From Acidimicrobiia bacterium (GTDB taxonomy: Bacteria > Actinomycetota > Acidimicrobiia > Acidimicrobiales > Aldehydirespiratoraceae), in NCBI GenBank assembly GCA_022821685.1, contig JAJEDD010000014.1, positions 109,604 to 173,603 on the forward strand: a stretch of DNA of 64,000 bases, in the 5' to 3' direction. A program made the position numbers and the translations under genes. Below the pieces are notes generated by a model that did not search any database, was not told the DNA's origin, and worked only from the letters and a program-made list of their open reading frames with translations. Of this stretch, positions 34,556-43,605 are shown one piece after another. The number at the start of each line of letters is the position of its first letter. Positions within the stretch are counted from its first letter, which is position 1.

Positions 34556-36721
34556 ATGCGGGCCGGGATGCTTGAGATCGATCCTCTTCTCTATGACTTC
34601 ATCGCTGAGGAGGCGCTGGCTGGATCGGGGGTGACGGTGGATGAGTTTTGGGGTGCGCTGGAAGCGATCCTGGCTGACCTCGGGCCTCGTAATGCGGCCT
34701 TGATGGCTCAGCGCGACGAGCTTCAGGCCCAAATCGACGACTGGCACCGCTCCGCCCGGGCCGAGGGGCGGGGTCACGACGCTGAGGCCTATGCCGACTT
34801 TCTGCGCGACATCGGATATCTGCGCCGCAGCAACGACCCCGTGGCCGCGGCCACTGCTAATGTCGATCCTGAGATCGCCGAGGTGGCCGGGCCGCAGTTG
34901 GTGGTGCCCCTCGACAACGCCCGCTATGCGCTGAACGCGGCCAATGCCCGCTGGGGCAGCCTCTACGACGCGCTCTACGGCACCGACGTGCTCAGCGAGG
35001 CCGACGGCTGCGGACGCGGCAGCGGATACAACCCCGTCAGAGGCGACCAGGTGATCGCGGCGGGGCGCGAGTTCCTCGACGCCCACTTCACCCTCGACTC
35101 CGCCAGCCACCGCTGGGCTGCCCGCTACTGCGTGCACAACGGGACGCTGAAGGTGCGCAGCGGCGACGGCACACAGAGCACGCTGCTGCGGCCCGGACAG
35201 TTCGCTGGCCACCGCGGCCCCACCGAGCGCCCAACCTCAATCCTGCTGCGCAAGCACGGCTTGCACTGCGAGCTGCTAATCGACGCCGACCACCCCGTGG
35301 GGAGGCGCGACCACGCCGGCGTGTGCGACATACGCCTCGAGTCGGCGGTCACGGCCATCATGGACTTCGAGGACTCCGTGGCCGCCGTGGACACCACCGA
35401 CAAGGTGGCGGTGTACCGGAACTGGCTGGGCCTGATGCGGGGCACGCTGGAGACGGCCTTCGAGCGCGACGGCGCCACCGTCCATCGGACCCTCAACCCG
35501 GACCGCAGCTTCACCGGACCCAGCGGTACCCCGGCAAAGGTGCCGGGCCGCTCGCTGATGCTGGTCCGCAACGTGGGCCCCCATCTCAGCACCGACATGG
35601 TGACCCTCGACGGCGAGCCGGTGAGCGAGACCATGGTCGACGCCATGGTGACCGCGCTCTGCGCCCTCGACGATGTGCGCGGACACAGTCGGCACCGCAA
35701 CTCGGCAGCCGGCTCGGTCTACATCGTCAAGCCCAAGATGCACGGCCCCGACGAGGTCGAGCTGGCCTGCGAGCTGTTCAGCCGAGTCGAAGCCGCCCTG
35801 GGCCTCGACCCGCACACCCTCAAGATGGGGATTATGGACGAGGAGCGGCGCACATCGCTGGCCCTCGCCGAGTGCATCGCCCGGGCCCGCCACCGGGTGG
35901 TTTTCATCAACACCGGCTTCCTCGACCGCACCGGCGACGAGATCCACACCGACATGGAGGCCGGACCGGTGGTCCCCAAGGCCGAGATGCGCACCGCCAC
36001 CTGGCTCGGCGCCTACGAGAACTCCAACGTCGATGCCGGCCTGGCCTGCGGGCTGCGGGGACGGGCCCAGATCGGCAAGGGCATGTGGACCATGCCCTCA
36101 GAGATGGCGGCCATGGTCACCGCCAAGGTCCAGCAGCCGATGGCCGGCGCCAGCACGGCCTGGGTTCCTTCGCCCACCGCGGCCACACTCCATGCCCTGC
36201 ACTACTTCCGGGTGGACGTGGCCGAGCGCCAGCGCGACCTGGCCGACCGCGCCCCGTCCCCGCTGGCCAGCCTGCTCGACATCCCGGTGCTGGCCGACGG
36301 CCGACGGCTCAGCGCCGGCGAGATACAGCGCGAACTCGACAACAACGTGCAGGGCATCCTCGGATATTTGGTCCGCTGGGTGGGTCAGGGAGTGGGCTGC
36401 TCCACCGTGCCCGACCTCGCCGACGTAGGGCTGATGGAAGACCTAGCCACGCTGCGCATATCCAGCCAGCACATCGCCAACTGGCTGCACCACGGGCTCG
36501 TGTCGGCCGATCAGGTGCACGCCACCATGCGCCGCATGGCCAACCTGGTCGACCAGCAGAACAGCGGCGACGGGGCCTATGAGCCCATGGCCCCCGACTA
36601 CGACTCCAGCATCGGGTTCCAGGCGGCGGTGGAGCTGGTGTTCTCGGCGAGGGACGAACCCAACGGCTACACCGAGAGAGTGCTCCGCAGCCGGCGCCGC
36701 CAAGTCAAAGCCCTCTCCTGA
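34556..36721 (+). CDS. glcB: malate synthase G
   Basis: 721 aa. The N-terminus LEIDPLLYDFIAEEALAGSGVTVDEFW and the length are typical of GlcB. Internal conserved blocks are present, for example IMDEERRTS and the NTGFLDRTGDEIHT region. Confidence 0.93.
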   Translation: MRAGMLEIDPLLYDFIAEEALAGSGVTVDEFWGALEAILADLGPRNAALMAQRDELQAQIDDWHRSARAEGRGHDAEAYADFLRDIGYLRRSNDPVAAATANVDPEIAEVAGPQLVVPLDNARYALNAANARWGSLYDALYGTDVLSEADGCGRGSGYNPVRGDQVIAAGREFLDAHFTLDSASHRWAARYCVHNGTLKVRSGDGTQSTLLRPGQFAGHRGPTERPTSILLRKHGLHCELLIDADHPVGRRDHAGVCDIRLESAVTAIMDFEDSVAAVDTTDKVAVYRNWLGLMRGTLETAFERDGATVHRTLNPDRSFTGPSGTPAKVPGRSLMLVRNVGPHLSTDMVTLDGEPVSETMVDAMVTALCALDDVRGHSRHRNSAAGSVYIVKPKMHGPDEVELACELFSRVEAALGLDPHTLKMGIMDEERRTSLALAECIARARHRVVFINTGFLDRTGDEIHTDMEAGPVVPKAEMRTATWLGAYENSNVDAGLACGLRGRAQIGKGMWTMPSEMAAMVTAKVQQPMAGASTAWVPSPTAATLHALHYFRVDVAERQRDLADRAPSPLASLLDIPVLADGRRLSAGEIQRELDNNVQGILGYLVRWVGQGVGCSTVPDLADVGLMEDLATLRISSQHIANWLHHGLVSADQVHATMRRMANLVDQQNSGDGAYEPMAPDYDSSIGFQAAVELVFSARDEPNGYTERVLRSRRRQVKALS

Positions 36722-36782
36722 TGCCAGGTGGGGCTGGCGAGCGGGGTGCAAGCGTGACGCCGGGCGAGGGGCAGCGCTCCTG

Positions 36783-37979
36783 ATGCCCGCAATTCCAGCC
36801 GAGGCCGACGTTGTGGTGATCGGTGCCGGGGTGACCGGCGCCAGCATCGGCTATCAGCTCGCCCGGACCTCGAATCGCCGGGTGGCGGTGGTGGACGCCC
36901 GGCCGCCGGTGGGCGGCATCTCGGGACGCACCTTCGGCCAGATCCGCCAGCACTACTCCAACGAGCTGATGGTTCGTATGGCGCAGCGAGGCTTCCACTG
37001 CATCCGCAACTGGGCCGACGAGGTGGGCTACGGCGATCCGGGCTATGTGCGCCTCGGCTACATGCTCATCGTCACCGAGAACCAGATCGAGGGCCTGAGG
37101 CGCAACGTCGAGCTGGGCCGCCGCCTCGGAGTGGACACCCGCTTCGTGGGCCCCGACGAGATCGGGGCCATCGAGCCGCTAGTGAACGCCGACAGCCTGG
37201 CCGGCGGCGCCTATGAGCCCGACGGCGGCTACATCGACGTGACCCGGATGGTGTTGAGCTGGCTGGGCGCGGCCCAAGCCCACGGCGCCGACGTGATCGC
37301 CCCGCTGACGGTGACCGAGATCACCACTGCTGCCGGCGCGGTCACCGGCGTGGCCACCGCCCAGGGCACGATCTCGGCGCCAACGGTGGTGGTGGCCACC
37401 GGCGCCTGGGCCACAGACCTGCTGGATCCGCTCAAGGTCAACGTGCCGGTGCAGCGGCGGCGGCTCGACCTGGCCATGCTGGAGCAGGCCCCCGGCACCG
37501 GGGCGTTGCACACCTTCATCACCGACGGGAACTCCAACCTGGTGATCCGCCCCGACATGGGCCGCCGCGTGCTAGCGGTGGCCTACCCGCCGCAGATGCC
37601 CGAAGTGGAGGACCCGCTCGCAGACGCTGGCGATGCTGGCCACGCCGAGCACGCAGCCCGGATCCGGGCCGCGGTGGCCGAACGGCTCCCCGCCCTGGCC
37701 ATCGCCGAGACGGTGTCGACCACCAGCGGGGCCTACGACGTCACCCCCGACTACCACCCCATCCTCGGCTGGGCTTCGGAGACCGCCGATGTGTCCGGCC
37801 TGTACCTCGCGGTCGGATTCTCAGGTCACGGGCTCAAGCTGTCGCCCGCGGTGGGCGAGATAGTCGCCGCCCACGTCCTCGGCACACTCCCGCCGCTGGA
37901 CGCGGGCCCGCTGCGGCCCAGCCGCTTCGCCGACGGCGACCTGATGCACCTCACCTACGGCCCCAGCGCCCGCGCCTAG
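36783..37979 (+). CDS. FAD-dependent oxidoreductase (DAO family; glycine/sarcosine/D-amino-acid oxidase-like)
   Basis: ATG 36783. The dinucleotide motif is DVVVIGAGVTGASIGYQLA and the C-terminus has GFSGHGLKLSPAVG. The track form from 36579 overlaps glcB. Confidence 0.85.
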   Translation: MPAIPAEADVVVIGAGVTGASIGYQLARTSNRRVAVVDARPPVGGISGRTFGQIRQHYSNELMVRMAQRGFHCIRNWADEVGYGDPGYVRLGYMLIVTENQIEGLRRNVELGRRLGVDTRFVGPDEIGAIEPLVNADSLAGGAYEPDGGYIDVTRMVLSWLGAAQAHGADVIAPLTVTEITTAAGAVTGVATAQGTISAPTVVVATGAWATDLLDPLKVNVPVQRRRLDLAMLEQAPGTGALHTFITDGNSNLVIRPDMGRRVLAVAYPPQMPEVEDPLADAGDAGHAEHAARIRAAVAERLPALAIAETVSTTSGAYDVTPDYHPILGWASETADVSGLYLAVGFSGHGLKLSPAVGEIVAAHVLGTLPPLDAGPLRPSRFADGDLMHLTYGPSARA

Positions 37980-37984
37980 CTTGT

Positions 37985-38050
37985 GAGCTGGGCCCGAGCG
38001 GCCCGCAAGCGCAGCGAAGACGCGCGAAAAGGACAAGACCCGAGCGGCGT
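37985..38050 (+). repeat. degenerate copy C of the intergenic repeat element
   Basis: GGCCCGAGCGGCCCG (37991-38005) and AGCGCAGCGAA (38008-38018) match the 62-bp core of copies A and B. The rest has diverged. Confidence 0.5.
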
Positions 38051-38109
38051 GTCGGCGCGGCTAGAGTCCACCCTGGCAACCGAGGCTCTATTCCTGCGGG
38101 GGACGCACT

Positions 38110-38448
38110 ATGCCGATCGACACTGAGCGAGACAACGGAACGGTGGTGGCTCGCCCCAGCGGGCGCATCGACAGTTCCAACTCGCGGGAGTTCCAGTCGG
38201 AACTGGAGGCAGCGCTGACGGACTCCGACACTGCCCTGGTGTTGAGCTTCGAGAACGTCGACTACATCAGCAGCGCCGGCATGCGGGTGGTCCTGCTGAC
38301 CGCTAGAGGCCTGCAGCGCAGGCGGGCGAAGATCGCCCTGTGCTCCATGAACGAATCGATCCGGGCCGTCTTCAAGATCAGCGGATTCGACAAGATCGTC
38401 CCCATACACGAATCGACCGCAGAGGCCGTCACCGCATTGGGCGCATGA
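38110..38448 (+). CDS. STAS-domain anti-sigma-factor antagonist
   Basis: 112 aa. The SpoIIAA/RsbV-like pattern has the phosphorylatable Ser region VDYISSAGMRVVL. Confidence 0.88.
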   Translation: MPIDTERDNGTVVARPSGRIDSSNSREFQSELEAALTDSDTALVLSFENVDYISSAGMRVVLLTARGLQRRRAKIALCSMNESIRAVFKISGFDKIVPIHESTAEAVTALGA

Positions 38449-38471
38449 GCAGCTGACAGGGGCACACCATC

Positions 38472-39647
38472 GTGACCGACACGACCGAATCGACCGACAC
38501 CCACCGGATCCTGGTTGTCGACGACGAGCCGGACCTTGAGCCGCTCATGCTGCAGCGCATGCGGCGCTACATCCGCAAGGGCACCTACGAGTTCGTGTTC
38601 GCCCACGACGGCATGGAGGCGCTCGACGCTCTCAGCCTCGACAGCAGCATCGATATGGTGCTCTCCGACATCAACATGCCCAGGATGGACGGGCTCACGC
38701 TGCTCGAGCGGATCCCCGACGTGGCCCCCGACATCCGGGCGGTGATCATCTCGGCCTACGGCGACATGAAGAACATCCGGATCGCCATGAACCGGGGCGC
38801 CTTCGACTTCGTCACCAAGCCCGTCGACTTCGACGACCTCAAATTCACCATCGATCGGACCCTGCAGCACATCCGGGAATGGAAGGAGGCGCTCAGCGCC
38901 CGCGACAAGCTCGTGGTTCTGCAGAACGAGCTCAATGTGGCGAGCATGATGCAGCAGTCGATCCTGCCCAACAAGTTCGCCCGCAGCGACGACTACAAGC
39001 TCTTCGGCACCATGCAGCCGGCCCGCAACGTCGGCGGAGACTTCTTCGACGTGATCGGCCTGGCCGACGGCAAGGTGGGGCTGGCCATCGCCGACGTGTC
39101 GGGCAAGGGCGTGCCCGCCGCGCTGTTCATGATGTCGAGCCGCACCCTGCTGAAGGGCGCCGCCATGCGCTCCGACGGACCGGCCGAGGCGCTGTCGGAA
39201 GTGAACGACGTGCTCAACGAGGACAACGACGCCTGCATGTTCGTCACCATGATCTACGCCGTGTACGACCCCGCCACCGGCGAGCTGGTCTACGCCGACG
39301 GCGGTCACGACCCTCCGCTGGTGGTGCACGCCGACGGCAGCACCACCCAGCTCGCCATGACCGAGGGAATCGCCCTGGGAGTGCTGCCCGAGCACGAGTA
39401 TCTCCAGGACTCGTACCGGCTCGCGCCGGGCGACACCGTGGTGCTGTACACCGACGGCGTCACCGAGGCCATCAACGCCGAGGACGAGCAGCTCGGGCTG
39501 CAGCGCCTGCGGCGAGCGTTCGAGCTGAGCCCGCCCACCGGCGCCGAGGAGGCCGGCCAGCGGGTCATCGACCTCGTTAACGACTTCGCCGGAGACGTGC
39601 CCCAGTTCGACGACACGACTTGCCTGGTTCTGCGCCGGGAGAGCTGA
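38472..39647 (+). CDS. response regulator receiver fused to PP2C (SpoIIE/RsbU-type) phosphatase
   Basis: The receiver region is ILVVDDEPD...DMVLSDINMPRMDG. The PP2C region is GGDFFDV...IADVSGKGVPAALFM...LYTDGVTEA...DDTTCLVL. Confidence 0.9.
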   Translation: MTDTTESTDTHRILVVDDEPDLEPLMLQRMRRYIRKGTYEFVFAHDGMEALDALSLDSSIDMVLSDINMPRMDGLTLLERIPDVAPDIRAVIISAYGDMKNIRIAMNRGAFDFVTKPVDFDDLKFTIDRTLQHIREWKEALSARDKLVVLQNELNVASMMQQSILPNKFARSDDYKLFGTMQPARNVGGDFFDVIGLADGKVGLAIADVSGKGVPAALFMMSSRTLLKGAAMRSDGPAEALSEVNDVLNEDNDACMFVTMIYAVYDPATGELVYADGGHDPPLVVHADGSTTQLAMTEGIALGVLPEHEYLQDSYRLAPGDTVVLYTDGVTEAINAEDEQLGLQRLRRAFELSPPTGAEEAGQRVIDLVNDFAGDVPQFDDTTCLVLRRES

Positions 39648-39657
39648 GGCCGGGCCG

Positions 39658-40089
39658 ATGCTGTTTCTGACGGCCGACATCGGCGGCGAGGTGCACCAGA
39701 CGAGCCACGAGGAGCTGACCGACCTCGTGTCGGCCGTCGAAGTGTTGGCCGCCGCCGACGGCTGGGCCGACGATCTGACCTTCAAGGTCACCCTGGTCGT
39801 CGACGAAATAGGGCAGAACGCGGTGGACTATGCCTACGGCAACGGCGTCGGCGATGTGGAGGTGTTCGTCACCTCCTGCGCCGAGACGCTGGAGATCGAG
39901 ATTGTCGACTCCGGCGAGCCGTTCGATCCGCTGACCGAGGCCCCGGCCCCGGACTTGACCTCGGGAATCGAAGACCGGCCCATCGGCGGCCTGGGAGTGC
40001 ACCTCACCAAGTCCCTCATGGAGGACGTGACGTACCGCCGCGAGTCGGGAAAGAACCGTCTGAAGGCCGTCACCTCCAAGCTGGGATGA
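39658..40089 (+). CDS. RsbW/SpoIIAB-like anti-sigma serine kinase (HATPase domain)
   Basis: 143 aa. Features are VDEIGQNAVDYA (N-box-like) and GGLGVHLTKSLMEDV (G-box-like). It sits between the PP2C and SBP genes. Confidence 0.78.
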   Translation: MLFLTADIGGEVHQTSHEELTDLVSAVEVLAAADGWADDLTFKVTLVVDEIGQNAVDYAYGNGVGDVEVFVTSCAETLEIEIVDSGEPFDPLTEAPAPDLTSGIEDRPIGGLGVHLTKSLMEDVTYRRESGKNRLKAVTSKLG

Positions 40090-41363
40090 TCAGTGCGCTG
40101 ATGCCGGGCCGGGGCCGCTGGTGGGCAGCCGCGGCCGCGGTGGCGGTGTTGGCCGCAGCCTGCACCGACGGTGGCGAGTCCGGCGAAGATGTCGAGGCCC
40201 CCGCCCCGAACGGATCGGAGTCGGTCGCGCCGGCCGCGGGGCCGGACCCGGACACCATGGGCATCTCCGAGGACCGCATCCTCTTCGGCCAGTCGGCCGC
40301 CTTCAGCGGTCCCGCCAAGGAGCTGGGCATAAACATGCGGCTCGGCATCCTGGCCGCCTTCGATGAGGCGAACGCCGACGGCGGGGTGAACGGCCGCCGG
40401 TTGGAGCTCACCTCGCTCGACGATGCCTACGAGCCCACCGACGCCATCGTGATGACCCGCAACCTGATCGAGCAGCAGAACGTGTTCGCGCTCATCGGAG
40501 CGGTCGGCACGCCCACATCGCGCTCGGTGACGCCGCTGGCCCGCGCCGCCGGGGTGCCCTACATCGCTCCCTTCACCGGAGCCGCCTTCCTGCGCGCCGA
40601 CGAGTGGGACAACATCATCAACCTGCGGGCCTCGTACAACCAGGAGACCGAGGAGATGGTGGCCCGCCTCACCGACGACCTAGGCATCAGCCGGATCGGC
40701 GTGATGTATCAGAACGACTCCTTCGGCCGGGCCGGGTTCCGGGGCGTGGTCGCGGCCCTGGAGCGCCGCGGCATGGCCCCCGTGGCCATCGGGATCTATC
40801 CCCGCAACACCACCGCAGTGAAGACCGCCCTGCTCGACCTGCGCCGCAGCGATCCCGAGGCGGTGATCATGGTCGGGGCCTACGAGCCGGTAGCCAGGCT
40901 GATCTCCTGGGCCCGCCGCATCGACATGGACCCCGTCTTCATGACCGTCTCCTTCGTCGGCAGCAATGCCCTGGCCCAGGAGCTGGGTCCCGACGGCGCC
41001 GGGGTGCTGGTGACCCAGGTCGTGCCGTTCCCCGAGGACGACTCGCTCCCGGCGGTGCGGGCCTATCTCGACGCCCTGGCCAGCCACGACCCCGAGGCGG
41101 AGCCGGGCTTCGTCTCTCTGGAGGGCTATCTGGCCGGCAGGCTGGTGATCGCCGCGCTCAAGAACTGCGGTCCCGAAGTCGATCGGTCGTGCTTGCAGGA
41201 GCATCTCATCGACCTCGGACGCGTCGACATCGACGGACTCAGCCTGCAGTTCGGCGAGGGCGACAACCAGGGCTCCGACGAGGTTTTCCTGACCGTGATC
41301 GGCACCGACGGCGAGTACCACCCGGTGCAGACCCTGCACGAGATCCCCCGGTGGACGAGCTGA
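40086..41363 (+). CDS. branched-chain-amino-acid-type (LivK/PBP type I) substrate-binding lipoprotein
   Basis: The lipobox is LAAAC. FGQSAAFSGPAKELGINMRLGILAAFDEANADGGVNGRRLEL is typical of the Peripla_BP_6 family. The ATGA overlap with the upstream gene implies co-translation. Confidence 0.85.
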   Translation: MISALMPGRGRWWAAAAAVAVLAAACTDGGESGEDVEAPAPNGSESVAPAAGPDPDTMGISEDRILFGQSAAFSGPAKELGINMRLGILAAFDEANADGGVNGRRLELTSLDDAYEPTDAIVMTRNLIEQQNVFALIGAVGTPTSRSVTPLARAAGVPYIAPFTGAAFLRADEWDNIINLRASYNQETEEMVARLTDDLGISRIGVMYQNDSFGRAGFRGVVAALERRGMAPVAIGIYPRNTTAVKTALLDLRRSDPEAVIMVGAYEPVARLISWARRIDMDPVFMTVSFVGSNALAQELGPDGAGVLVTQVVPFPEDDSLPAVRAYLDALASHDPEAEPGFVSLEGYLAGRLVIAALKNCGPEVDRSCLQEHLIDLGRVDIDGLSLQFGEGDNQGSDEVFLTVIGTDGEYHPVQTLHEIPRWTS

Positions 41364-43573
41364 TGACGGACCATCCGACCGATTCGCTCGATGAGCTGCC
41401 CCCGGACATGTCGTCGCGGCCGGCGCTGGGGATCTGGTCGCGCATATCCACCAAGCTGTTCCTGGGCATCGGCGGCGCGGTGGCCCTGACTCTGGCCGCC
41501 AGCGTCGTCGGCTGGTACTCCTTCAACCGGGTGGGCGACGCGCAGCGGCGCGTCAACGAGGGCAGCGTGCCCGAGCTGGCCGCCGCCTTCGGAGTGGCCC
41601 AGTACGGCGGTATCCTGGCCAACGCGGCCCCCAGCCTGGCCGCGGCCTCCACCTCGCTGGAGCTGTTCCAGGTGGGCCAGCGGATCGACCAGACCGCGCT
41701 CCGCTTCGAGGGCCAGATGGAGGCCCTGGAGCAGAGCGAGAGCGACGACGCCAGCATCGCCGGCATCAGACAGAGCGCCGACATGCTCCTCGCCAATATC
41801 GAGGAGATCCGCTCCGAAGTGGGCACGAGGCTGGAGATCGCCGAGCAGCGGAGCGCGCTGCAGGGCGAGCTGGCCGGGCTGCGCAACCAGGTGAGCGGGG
41901 CGCTGATCCCCGCCATCGACGACCAGTTCTTCTACACGCTGACCGGCTTCACCGAACTCGACGCGCCGCCCGCGGGCCGCACCGAGCACTTCTCGGAGAC
42001 CGAGGTCTTCCGCTACCGGAGCCTGGCCGAGCTGGAGGCCGACGCCAACGTCGCCTCGGATCTGCTGGCCAGTGCCTTCGCGCTGTCCGACGCCAGCCTG
42101 CTGGAGCCGCTGCGGGAGCGCTTCGAGGCCGCCGCCAGCCGGATCGATCAGAACCTCGCCGCACTGGCGGGCGCCGACTTCCACGCCGACGCCGAGCCGA
42201 TCTTCGCGCGGCTGCTCGAGCTGGGACTGGGTGCCGACAGCGCGTTCGACCTGGCCGCCAGCGAGTTCCAGATCCTGGAGCACCACCAGGATTCGCTCAC
42301 CCAGAACAGCGATCTGTCGGTCACGCTCGGCGACGAGGTCGACAGCCTGGTGCGGACCTCCCAGGAGCGGGCCTCCGAGGCCACCACCGCCTCCGAGCAG
42401 GCCATCAGCACCGCCCGCAGCGCGCTGTTGGCCATCAGCGCGGCCAGCGTCGTGGGCGCCATCCTGCTCATCTGGCTGTTCGTGGGCCGGATCCTGGTGC
42501 GGCGCATCGCCCTGCTGTCGGACTGGATGCGGCGCATGGCCGGCGGCGACTTGGAGGCCACCGCCGAGATCAGCGGCCGCGACGAGGTGGCCGACATGGC
42601 CGCCAGCCTGGAGGTGTTCCGGCGCCACGCCCTGGAGGTTCAGCGCCTCAACCTGGTTGAGCAGCTCGCCGACGAGCTTCAGGGCAAGAACGAGGAGCTG
42701 GAGGGAGTGCTGGCCGAGCTGGAGAAGGCTCAGGACCAGATCGTCACCCGTGAGAAGCTGGCCGCCCTGGGCGAGCTCACCGCGGGCGTGGCCCACGAGA
42801 TCAAGAACCCCCTGAACTTCGTGAAGAACTTCGCCGAGGCCTCCGGCGAGCTCATCGACGAGCTCAAGGAACTGCTCGAGGATGTCGGCGACAGCCTGAG
42901 CGACGACGACAAGTCGTACATCAACGAGATCGCCGGCGACCTGACCGGCAACGTGGAGCGCATCCGCTCCCACGGCGAGCGGGCCGACCGCATCGTGCGC
43001 GACATGCTGATGATGGGCCGCGACTCCGGCGAGTGGCAGCTCACCGACATCAACGGCCTGATCGAGCAGCACGCCCAGCTCTCGTTCCACAGCGCCCGAG
43101 CGCTCGATCCGGATTTCCAGCTCGACATCCAGCAGGACTTCGATCCCGCCGTCGGCCAGCTCAAGGTGATCGCCCAAGATTTGGGGCGAGTCTTCTTGAA
43201 CATGGTCACCAACGCGGGCCATGCCACCAACGACCGCCACCGCGCCGAAGCAGCCGCGGGCAACGAGGAGTTCCAGCCCACCCTGTGGATCAAGACGGTT
43301 CGGGCCGGCGACGAGGTCGAGGTTCGGGTCCGCGACAACGGAACGGGCATGCCTCCGGAAGTGGTGGAGAAAATCTTCAATCCCTTCTTCACCACCAAGC
43401 CCACCAACCAAGGAACCGGCCTCGGCCTGTCGATCTCAAGCGACATCGTCCGCCGCCACGGCGGGCAGATTCAGGTCGAGTCCGAGCCGGGATCCTTCAC
43501 CGAGATGATCATCACCCTGCCGGTCGAGGCCCCCGAAGAAGCCGAGGCGACCGCGGGCGACTCCTGGGTCTGA
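41363..43573 (+). CDS. sensor histidine kinase with large extracytoplasmic helical domain and HAMP
   Basis: ATG 41363 overlaps the SBP stop. Two TM helices bracket an extracytoplasmic region of ~330 aa. The H-box is LTAGVAHEIKNPLN and the ATPase boxes are RDNGTGMP and GTGLGLSIS. The longer track form (40604) runs in another frame through the SBP gene. Confidence 0.88.
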   Translation: MTDHPTDSLDELPPDMSSRPALGIWSRISTKLFLGIGGAVALTLAASVVGWYSFNRVGDAQRRVNEGSVPELAAAFGVAQYGGILANAAPSLAAASTSLELFQVGQRIDQTALRFEGQMEALEQSESDDASIAGIRQSADMLLANIEEIRSEVGTRLEIAEQRSALQGELAGLRNQVSGALIPAIDDQFFYTLTGFTELDAPPAGRTEHFSETEVFRYRSLAELEADANVASDLLASAFALSDASLLEPLRERFEAAASRIDQNLAALAGADFHADAEPIFARLLELGLGADSAFDLAASEFQILEHHQDSLTQNSDLSVTLGDEVDSLVRTSQERASEATTASEQAISTARSALLAISAASVVGAILLIWLFVGRILVRRIALLSDWMRRMAGGDLEATAEISGRDEVADMAASLEVFRRHALEVQRLNLVEQLADELQGKNEELEGVLAELEKAQDQIVTREKLAALGELTAGVAHEIKNPLNFVKNFAEASGELIDELKELLEDVGDSLSDDDKSYINEIAGDLTGNVERIRSHGERADRIVRDMLMMGRDSGEWQLTDINGLIEQHAQLSFHSARALDPDFQLDIQQDFDPAVGQLKVIAQDLGRVFLNMVTNAGHATNDRHRAEAAAGNEEFQPTLWIKTVRAGDEVEVRVRDNGTGMPPEVVEKIFNPFFTTKPTNQGTGLGLSISSDIVRRHGGQIQVESEPGSFTEMIITLPVEAPEEAEATAGDSWV

Positions 43574-43605
43574 TTCAGGCCTCCCACGGCCTCACAAGCT
43601 CGGCC

